Shown piece after piece: positions 53,968 through 64,000 of a DNA stretch of 64,000 bases (within the stretch, counting starts at the first letter, position 1; every line of letters begins with the position of its first letter). The DNA comes from Chrysomallon squamiferum. Its lineage: Eukaryota > Animalia > Mollusca. The notes under the pieces were generated by a model. The model did no database searches and was not told the origin of the DNA. It saw only the letters and a list, made by a program, of their open reading frames with translations. Location: the NCBI GenBank assembly GCA_012295275.1, contig CM022678.1, positions 14,136,001-14,200,000 of the forward strand. The letters run 5' to 3'. The position numbers and the translations under genes were made by a program.

Positions 53968-54075
<108 letters not shown>

Positions 54076-54845
54076 GTAGCTGAGTAGGAAAAACAAGAGG
54101 TAACCGTTTGACCCATCACTTCACATCCTGTAAATGTTGTGTGAGCTGTCAGTCAGCCATACACAGTAGTACTGCATGCAAACCGCTATATATAATCTAG
54201 TTAAATAAACAAGTGACGGTACTGATAGCATTATGTTAGTAATATAGCAGGTAAGCGATATTATACATTATATATCTTGTTGGATATTTCGGCGAATTAG
54301 GCTTAAGTTGGTCACTGCTAATATTTCACAAACAAGGATGACCGAATAGTTTTTCTACAGATAGGACAGATCAGAACCGGCATATTTATAAGTTTTATAA
54401 ATAATTAGGTAAAATCGTTTAATATTTTATGCATATTCTGTTTTTAAAACCGTTAACAGATCGAAGATCATAATTATTTCATTTATTACTGTTTTAATGT
54501 CAAAATCTCTTCTTTTTCTTCATTTGAAATATGTTTAGTTTGTGATTTACATGGCAAATATATTGTCTTCGGCCGACAGTGTCCTTTTAATGGATTAGAC
54601 TGATCCATGTCTAATCAAACGTATTTAATCGAAAATAAAAAATAACGAAAACAAAATATTTGAATTCATTGTTTTGTTTCTGCAGGAATAAATTCGTGAG
54701 ACTGATGCATTTTTATTGACATTTCACTTCATCACAAGTAGCTCTGTGGAATGGAAATAAAAAAATATTAACATAACGGTACACTTTTTTTTTGTGTTTC
54801 TTTTGTAATTGAAGAAGATAATTCGCCACCTTTTATTTGTTTCAG

Positions 54846-56213
54846 TGCCTACGACAGCGTCTTTTAGGGCTGTTACTGGGAGCGTCATCACCATAGTTAC
54901 AACACTGATACACATAGCAGCCACAGCATGTCCTTACTGGTTCCGATCGGAGTTCCACAACACCTCTGTACATGAAGGGTTGATTCAGAGATGTGTAACT
55001 AACACATCTAGGGTGACATACTGCAACGTTATCCCGTCGAGATACCCTCGTTCGTACTTTAAAAAATTCTCTCTGACAGTATATTCTTTTTATATTGCTC
55101 TCTCTCTCTGTGTGTGTGTGTGTGTGTGTGATGATGAGTCCAGTTCGACGTTAATAATGTTATTTCCTCTTCCTGTGGTTTAATTAAAGATTTTGATGTT
55201 TTCTGGAGGCCTGAAGACTCTTGCCGCTAATTAATAAACGAAGCGGTCGTATCACATTATGTAGATGAAACCAGAATTAGAAAACTGTTGACAATGGCTC
55301 ATATACAGTTTTCTGTAATAATTACTACATAGTTTTCAAATAACACGTTATTATTATTAATTTATTTATATATTTATTATTTCAGTTTGGTTCCAGGGTC
55401 TCAGTGTTTTTTGTGAACTTATTACTATAGCAACAGCTGTTTGGTATGTCTACAAAGGAAAATCATATAACAACTGGTTAAGTCAGTTCTTCTGCGTTTT
55501 TGCTGGTAAAGTTCCTCGATTTAAATGTAGTTAAACATTTAAACTAATTACTTCTTTCTCAATGGATATTATTAATATATTTATTTTATTATTATTATTA
55601 TTATTTTTTTTTTCAATGCCATAATATATCCTTTCCTGTCTATGGCAGGATGAATATGAAATCATCTTTATTGGTGATCTGTGGAATGGCAGAACAGTAT
55701 TTAAATTCTTTGACTGACACACACACACAAAAAAAATAATAATAAAAGAAAAACAAATATCATATTATTATCAAATTGAGCTTTTGTAAATACTTTTTTG
55801 ATTGTTTTACCATATCAGATTTGTTAGGATGTGGCTATAAATACAATCCCCCAGTTTGACGCCAATCTGCTTAAGTTAGCTTCACATTATATTTGCTGCT
55901 GTACAACCGATTTACTTTATAACAGGCTCAATTGCTGAAAATTGATTTTTGTTATTTTGCAGGTGTGTTAAATGCAACAGGTGCAATAATCTACACACAA
56001 AGAAAACTTTATCCAGAATGGAATCTTGATAGTTCAGATTTATCTCAACAAATCACTACACTTATTCCAGCAATCCACGGCAAACTGTTCTGGGCATTCT
56101 ACCTTTGTACCTGCTCAGCTGGACTTGACTGTCTTGCTATGGTGCTCTTTGTGTGGGAGACTGTTGGTACATCAGTGTCATCATCATCATCATCATATCA
56201 GTCATTTGTTTAA
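54846..56213 (+). CDS. Second claudin/PMP22-like tetraspan protein; start codon unresolved
   Basis: Exons 54846-55049, 55386-55505, 55963-56213, with phase-1 introns at the same positions as in the neighbouring paralogue. Motifs PYW, HEGLIQRC, YC and LFWAFYL. Confidence 0.75.
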
Positions 56214-56958
56214 TTGTAACTGACTGAAAAGAGACAGTAACTGGCCCTGGGATTTTGACCTTTATACAAACAGCAGAATTCTCTTGCAAGCCAATACTGT
56301 TCTTCATTAAGTAAACTTTTTTCTTATTGCAGACTAATGTTTTTATCTTTGATAGGTTTCATTAATATTTTTTTCTTCATTAATTTTTATTTTAAATACA
56401 TACTCTATATTGTAATTATTTTTATAACATGCAGCTTCTCAGTAACATAATACATGCACGTCCATGTTATCTGAAGAAAGATAATTTTCAGTTATTAAGA
56501 TAATAGGAAAAAAAACAAAAACAGGCAAAGTCTGTAGTGATTAAACAGCTGAAATTTATTTTCATGAAAACATTAATTTTTATGATTGTTATTTTATTTG
56601 GAGTCTTTTTCATATCTGTTCTTAAAAAACAACACCTTAATAATATGTTCAAATTATCTGTAATTTAGTGTCATTGAAATGAAGACAATATATTAAAACT
56701 GATTACTAAATATACAAAAAGAGCAACATATTAAAACCATACCAAATCTCAGTGTGGTTACAGGCTATCAGCACTTGGTCATAAAAAATACTGCTGATAT
56801 CTGAATCGCACAGTGTTAATACCAGAATTAAGAAAGCAAAACCAAATATTAAATTTTAATTTCTTTTAGTATCCACTCTAATCACAGCATTAATTTATTA
56901 TTATTAGGTTATAGAAAAGATAATTTTTCATGGCTTATCATGAAGTAAGTTAAAGTTG

Positions 56959-59533
56959 TTAATGTTCCATTTTTTCATCGTCAGTGTCCTTTTTTTCTTT
57001 CTTGTTTTCTTCCTTCTTCATTTCTTCTTGCATAGCTTTAACAAAGGCTTCTAAATCTGTAATAATTTAAAAATAAACAAAATGAATAATACAACTAAAT
57101 TAGTTTAGAAACACAAATATATATTCTGGAACAATTATTTTCTGTTACTGACTAAATTAATTTCCCAATAACATTTTGAAAAACAAAATTGATTGTAGAG
57201 GTATTTTAAATAAAACAGCTGCTTGAACAAAATCTGTCCAAACAAACACTAAATAAACATATTATTTTAGATAATGTATATCAGGCATGGGCAACTTTTT
57301 TCAAGCAGTAGGTGACATAGATCATGGTCATCATGCAGGCCACGCTACTAATAAACATTATTTTCTTGTGAATTTTGGCATCCCATTCAAGAAGACCCCC
57401 CAGGGTGCTGTTTGCCCATGACTAATATAAATTATAAAAAAAAATACTTGCTTCAGTTTGATCAGACAGACACTTACCACCCTGCGCTGCTGAGTTGGCC
57501 ACGTCCTCGCCAAGGTTAAACTGGTTCATGAGTGGACCTAACTGACCAGACTGAAGGGCAGCACTGAATGAACTTAGAGCCTGGAGAAACAGTGGACAGT
57601 ATTTATCAAAACAGACATTAGAAACTAAAAATCTGTGACAAAAGAGTGGATAAAATAGACTGTACAAATTACAAAACTTCAACACACAAATCTTTTTAAA
57701 TGTCGTTCTTAAAAATATTAAAACAACAAATGAAAATTTTGTAGCATAATTTTTTTTTTTATATATCAGTTTTTCTCTGTTATAACATCAGATAATAGTG
57801 TTATGGAGAATGTCTGAAAATTTAAAAATATTCTGCTGGAAATTTGCTGAGGCCTATCAAAGTTAAAAATTAGATTTTTAGTTTCCTTTTTTCTTTTTGC
57901 TCAGTGCCTCCTAAATGCATTGAGCCTAATATTTTCTATATCTGTGAACTTAACTGTAAGTAACTATATGTTTTTGCTTACAGTCTGACATTTTTTTGTG
58001 CCAAATCTTGTAAACAATGGTGACATATAAATAAAAAGCCATGAAGTCAACTGTCTACTTATTCAGCAGTCTCAGCTGACAATTTCTGGATAGCATGGAG
58101 TTCTAGCCAATACTCCACAGAAATGGGTGAATAGTTTGAAAAAATGGTTTTACCAAAAGTTATAGTGAAAGTTAAATAACTAAACAATATGAATTTGACA
58201 AAGGGAAAAGTCATGACATTCTTTTTTTTCTTTTTTTGATTCTTAGTGATATTCACCCTACCTGTCCCTTTCTGTTATGGCAGTGTGAATATTACAAAAG
58301 CTATGTTACTGACAAGAGTAGTGATTAACGATTAACTGGTACCTGTCTAAACTGAGGTGACTGCATGGTATCACGAAGTTCAGCCTCGGTTTTAGGCAGA
58401 GATTCTCCTTCAGGTAGATATGGAATCAACTTTGCCTGAATCTCAGGATTAGCTAAGATAGGTATCATAGACTCTGGACTCAGAGCTACAGACAAATCTA
58501 TAGCTGAAATTACAAATTAACACAAGACTGATACTTCATTTATCAAATATTCACTTTATCTTTTCTTAATTTTACATTTCCAATTAATGGTTAATACTGC
58601 ATATGGAAAACACACATAATAATAATAACTTTAAATATCTTAAACAGAGTTCTGTATTAACATCATTAATAATTAGTAGACATATAAAAATACTACACAC
58701 CATCTTTACTTAGATCAACCTTTTCCACTGTAACCAAAAGCTAGAATTTGTAAACTAATAATTAAACAAATAGTGAGAAATAGTTAAAAAAACTTACTTT
58801 CCTTTGGAGTTTCTGATGGCACTGTAATAAATAAAGAAAAATAGAGAAAAAAAGTTTGTTAGGTATGTAATTTGGCGTTAATATTTATTTCAAGAAAGAA
58901 AATGATATAAAGGTCATTGTTCAAATATCAAGAAAATTATGTACAGTACTGTTTGCTAAAAAATCAAATAACTTATCAACATTTAATGTATTTTGGTTCA
59001 GAAATCTTTGGAACAATATGTTAATAAAATGAGTTAATAAGAATTACTTAGAAAAAGAACAATTTATTTTTACTGAACTTGGATGCAATTTTATTTATTT
59101 TTATTAAATTCTCTAAAAATGTTAATACAAATATTAAATACAAGAAAATAATATCTGTCCTATTATATATTATAATTTTTTAATATTTATATAATGTTTC
59201 ACTTCAGATATAAATCTCTTGTTATTGTTATGTAATTTCTGTCAAATATTAACAGATAATTTGTTAGGATGTTGTAATGTCTCTGCAGACACTAACTTTT
59301 ACTTACCATTCATGGTGGACAGAATGTTCTGCAAATCACTGAGCTGAATTCTTGGAGTAGCTGTTGCCTGAGCTGTTGGTGTTGGTGTTGTTGATGTTGT
59401 AGTGACTGCTGTTGCTGTGGTGCTGCCAGGCTGGGAAGGCAGAGCAGCAGCTGTTACTGGTCTTGGCTGGGTAGGAGTTACCTCTCCTGAGTTGGTTGTA
59501 CGCGTTCCACTTGAAGTCTGAGCTCTGAGTGGT
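56959..59533 (-). CDS. ADRM1: Proteasomal ubiquitin receptor ADRM1/Rpn13, 3' five exons; the Pru-domain exons are not in the window
   Basis: Exons 59533-59307, 58821-58798, 58503-58343, 57580-57478, 57056-56959. Motifs [64 protein letters not shown] and GDLEAFVKAMQ (DEUBAD domain). Confidence 0.95.
57282..57424. mobile_element. hAT-type MITE (~143 bp) in the last ADRM1 intron
   Basis: TIRs caggcatgggcaa / ttgcccatgacta. The flanking 8-mers atgtatat and atataaat match at 6 of 8 positions, consistent with a degenerate 8-bp TSD. Confidence 0.65.
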
Positions 59534-59689
59534 CTGGGGGGCACCGTTTGTTCGCTTTTCATTGGATCGTGTTATATTCTTTCCGCTTTCCTTGGGATTT
59601 CTGCATACAAACTCAGACGGGATATTGATAAATGCTCACGATTTCGAATATTTTGATTCCGTTGAGTTTTTCTGTGCCTACGCTGCCTT

Positions 59690-61020
59690 TTAGAAAATTA
59701 CGAATTTTCAACACGCTTGAACCACTAAAACCAGCTACTGGACACGAACGAAAGGTAAGTAGACATTAACTTTGGTTTTTTATCTTATTGTCTTTAAAAT
59801 TTTATCAAAAGTTATGGTTTTTAAATTGTTATGATTGCCTCGTGAAATATGGTATTTTGGTCATTTCGGTGTTCGATCGCCATCGTGACACTTTTACAGA
59901 ATTTTCAACATGCTACAATAACTAAAACCGGTTACGTGACACGAATGAAAAGTAGCTGGACATAATAATTAGTTTTTTATCTTATTGTCTTTAAAATTTT
60001 ATCAAAATGCTTGGACGCATTCAACTGTTATGATCGCCTCGTCAAAAATGGTCTGTTGGTCATTTTGGTGTTCGGTCGCCATCTTGAAACTTTTACGGAA
60101 TTTTCAACATGCTACAATAACCGGTTACTGGACACGAACGAAAAGTAGCTGGACATAATAATTAGTTTTTATCTTACTGTCTTTAAAATTTTATCAAAAG
60201 TTATGGTTTTTTTAAATTGTTATGATCGCCTCGTGAAATATGGTCTGTGTAATTTCGGTTTTCGATCGCCATCTTGAAACTTTTACGGAATTTTCAACAT
60301 GCTACAATAACTAAAACCGGTTATGTGACACGAATGAAAAGTAGCTGGACATAATAATTAGTTTTTTATATTATTGTCTTTAAAATTTTATCAAAATGCT
60401 TGGACGCATTCAACTGTTATGATCGCCTCGTCAAAAATGGTCTGTTGGTCATTTTGGTGTTCGGTCGCCATCTTGAAACTTTTACGGAATTTTCAACATG
60501 CTACAATAACCGGTTACTGGACACAAACGAAAAGTAGCTGGACATAATAATTAGTTTTTTATCTTACTGTCTTTAAAATTTTATCAAAAGTTATGGTTGC
60601 ATTCAATTGTTATGATCGCCTCGTGAAATATGGTCTGTGTAATTTCGGTTTTCGATCGCCATCTTGAAACTTTTACGGAATTTTCAACATGCTACAATAA
60701 CTAAAACCGGTTATGTGACACGAATGAAAAGAAGCTGGACATAATAATTAGTTTTATTATCTTTGAAATTTTATGAAGCAGCTTCGAGGCTCTTAATTGT
60801 AATTTTTACCTCGTGAAATATGGTTTGTTGGCGTTATATCGCCAGTTTGAGTTTCTGTTTTTTTCTTCAAAATTACGAATGTTCAACATGCTACAGTCAC
60901 TAAAACCGGTTACATGAGACGAATGAAAAGTAGTTTTTTTTTTATCTAATTGTCTTTGAAATTTTGTCAAGCAGCTGCAAGCATGCTAACTAGTAACTCT
61001 AATCTTTATCTCGTCAAGCA
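59690..61020. repeat. Tandem array of ~7 monomers of ~190-200 bp with a ~389-bp dimeric periodicity
   Basis: gaatt(t)tcaacatgctacaataac recurs at ~59702, 59899, 60098, 60288, 60487, 60677 and 60877. Confidence 0.92.
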
Positions 61021-62289
61021 TGGTTATTTCGACGTTAGATTGCTGAAGTGAAAGTGTCATGGCAGACCAAACTTCCTGTATAAGGACTTACGTTTGAGAA
61101 TGGATTATGCTGACTTAATACTTATTCTTCTTAAATTATCTTACATAAGAATGATGGACAAATATGTTCCTAACAATATATTGGTATTTTCATCCATAAT
61201 TGTCTCAAATCTCAAGATGTTTTAGGATTTTAAAATCATAAAATTGACCAAACAATTATAATTTCTAAACACCAAATCAAATAAGCACTTGCTATTGTAT
61301 TCTGTGTGGATTTAATTTGTATTGGTCATTCAAATTTTGCATTTCTTTTCATATAATGGTGTTTTTTTTTCAGTGTTTGGTTTGACCCACAGTTGATGTT
61401 TCATTTTGGTAATATTGTCTTTCATAATTTCAACTTTTTAAAACTTATTTCAGTTGTCTTCTCAGCTCTTTTCTTGTTTTTTTCAGTGAATAACCAAAAG
61501 ATGCCTTTGAGTAACAAGAGACAGTGCCTAATTAGATGTAACCAACCGAGCTTAGGTAGACAGCATCTGCAAGAAAAGTATTCCACAGTTCCTGCAACAG
61601 ATGAGTTTTTGAAAGGACACCGTGCTTTATATTTACACTAGCTGTGGTAACAGTCGAGCAACAACAGTTAGTGAATTATGTAGTCATTTTTCACTAACTC
61701 CTACCCCTGTGTTGAGACTTTCGCTTGAAGTGAAGAAAGTTGTGTACCAGTTCGATAAGTTTCGAAATCTGGCTTATGCTGTACAATTTACCAAATTTAT
61801 GTGTTTATGTTCAGAAAATTTTTTATTGACGGAAAGCTGTAATCTTGAGGATGTACCCGGAAAACAAGATGAGCCCCAACCTGGTCCGAGTTGCAACCCA
61901 CAATACGTTACTGCTTCCCCAGAACCACACAATCTATTGGATAGCAGTTCACTCTGTGGAGAAGATTCAGAGGAACCTGCTATTCCAATATTGACAAAAC
62001 CACCCATGAAAACCAGACAAACAAAAAAATGCCTTTCATGCAAGTTATTAAATAACAAATATGAGACTAAAACAGCTACAGCTTCAAAGGTCTACACACA
62101 TTGCAATCCGAGATGTGAGAGCACAGCAAAAGAAAAATAATATTTAATTTTGAATTCTAGTAGATTTTATGTACAGTTAGAAAGGTCAATTTGTCGAATA
62201 TTTCAAATATCATTTTTAATAAAATATTGTGTATACATGTGTGCTTGCGTTTTAATTTTAAAATGTGCTAGAAAGATCTGGCGCTGTTG

Positions 62290-63450
62290 AAAATGATTAT
62301 ATTTCTATAATCTATGTTGATTATATTTTTAATAGCTTGTAGGATGCATGTTTTATTGGATGTTGTGACTTTTACTAAATATAATATGTATTCGTTCTGA
62401 AATAAACGAATTAATATTGTTTTGCCGATTACTAGCATTTGATGTTAACTATAATCCTCTGCAATACATAAACTCGTATAATCCTTGGAGTCGACTCCAG
62501 AAAGGTGTTGCCGGTCTTTATTAGGAGCAATACAATGTGTATGTAATCATGACAATTAAAGACACAGGTATTGTAACTGTCATTTGAAGCAGACAAAAGA
62601 ATTTTCTTGGCTTTGTGTTCGTACTTCCTGTGCTTTGACAGCAAACAAAAGATACCTATCAATGTATCATGTGACCATCGCTGATGTTTTCTCTGATGGA
62701 GCAAATCAGCACTTGATGCAAAAATAGCCTAAGTTTGATCAATTTATGGTTTTATGATTAAAAAAATAGTGATAACATTCTATCACTACCTCTGGTACAT
62801 AAATTCATGTTGTTTATATTTTAATAACCTGTTGGCTGTATCATTGTATGTTTTTCTTCAATGTTCCTATTTTTAGCTTATTCATTGTAGCACGTGCGTT
62901 GCGAGATCGCCGTGCATTGTTTCCTACCTAGTCAAGTCACCGAAGACTTTATGTGCAACTACAAATAACTGGTGCTATTTTAAATGATTATATTTCTATA
63001 ATCTGTGTTGATTATATTTTTAATAACTTGTATAATGCATGTTTTATTATATGTTATGACTTTTACTGAATATAATTATAATATGAATACGTTCTGAAAT
63101 AAACAAATTAATGTTTATCTATAATCCTCTGCAATACATAAACTCGTATAATAAATTGGAGTCTACTCCAGAAAGGTATTGCCGGTCTTAATTAGGAGCA
63201 ATACATTGTGTATGTAATCATGACACTAAAGACAGGTATGATAAGTGTCATTTGAAGCAGACAATAGAATTTTCATGGCTTTGTGTTTGTACTTCCTGTG
63301 ATTTGACAGCAAACAAAAGATACCTATCAATGTATCATGTGACCATTGTTAATGTTTTCTCTGATGGAGCAAATCAAAATTTGAAGCAAAAATAGCCTAA
63401 GTTTTAAAACTGAACACTTTATGATTTATCAGTTTATGGTTTTACGATTA
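62290..63450. repeat. ~470-bp direct duplication (62290-62760 and 62980-63450)
   Basis: aaatgattatatttctataatct...ctctgatggagcaaatca...aaaatagcctaagttt is present twice. Confidence 0.9.
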
Positions 63451-64000
63451 AAAAAAAAAAGTTGTACGTTTCGTATTTAATATTCTATCTGGTACTTAGA
63501 TTCACAGAATACATTCATTGTACTGTTTTGTAGTACAGTTTGTTATGTTTATGATTTTTAATTCGCCATTTATCGCAAGAATTTTTAAAGCAAAACACGA
63601 AGTTAGTTTATTTCTGATCGTATTCATATTATAATGTATATACTTTAGAAATCCGAACACTGGAGAAAACTATGCATCCCAAAAGTTACTAAAAATATAA
63701 ACATAGCTTCTATCATTTTAAATAGCAGAGGTTCTTTTATATGTTTGTTACTCTTTTTTTTTTATTTCTTTCTTTTTTTTTTTTTTTTTTTTTTTAAATT
63801 TATTTTTAGGCAAGCAATATACATTTGTGGACATAACTTTTGTTATAAATTTACACGCCATTGGTATTAATAGCGACGACATGTACGATGTTAGAAATAT
63901 CGAACTTTGACCTTCCTGGGTAAAAAAATAGCCTTGCTAAAAAAAATAGTCGGTGTTGAGCAAAGGCGACACCGCCTTCAGATGAGCGCTTCGTAGAGCG

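Larger units (their letters stand above)
59537..64000. mobile_element. Large probable DNA transposon (superfamily unassigned) in an ADRM1 intron, continuing beyond the window
   Basis: Abrupt CpG-richer sequence beginning GGGGGCACCG, an internal tandem array, broken plus-strand ORFs (61501-61641 and 61622-62140, with CxxC), an internal duplication, and no ADRM1 exons in 4.4 kb. Confidence 0.6.

Noticed and set aside
58246-58295. Intronic hairpin containing TGGCAGTGTG (miR-34-like seed)
   Set aside because: Only 10 nt match, on the wrong arm and strand, and the stem is too short for a pre-miRNA.
59690-61020. Regularly spaced repeats as a CRISPR array
   Set aside because: The whole ~195-bp unit is repeated, there are no unique spacers and no cas genes, and the context is eukaryotic.

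Overview
AT-rich, intron- and microsatellite-rich animal genomic DNA, probably a mollusc (inferred from repeat style and gene families, not proven). Most listed ORFs are microsatellite noise, so genes were rebuilt exon by exon from splice sites and reading-frame phase. In order: an SLC16/MCT transporter (-); decayed membrane-protein and cadherin exons plus a MULE transposase remnant; a frameshifted alpha-kinase (+); HS1BP3 (+); an SLC22A18-like MFS transporter (-) head-to-head with RAB32/38 (+); a cluster of Ser/Thr-rich orphan genes around a PLAAT/LRAT-family gene; an AAC4-like gene (-); two divergent claudin-like genes; and the 3' half of ADRM1/Rpn13 (-), abutted by a large probable DNA transposon carrying a dimeric ~195-bp satellite. 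Best candidates for new biology: (1) RAB32 has two duplicated P-loop/switch-I exons, each ending in a U12 (minor spliceosome) donor, predicted to be mutually exclusive through U12/U2 incompatibility, with a possible U12 poison exon between them; (2) an apparently undescribed family of small Ser/Thr-rich proteins, one motif of which appears in the tail of the PLAAT enzyme, lying next to duplicated upstream blocks.
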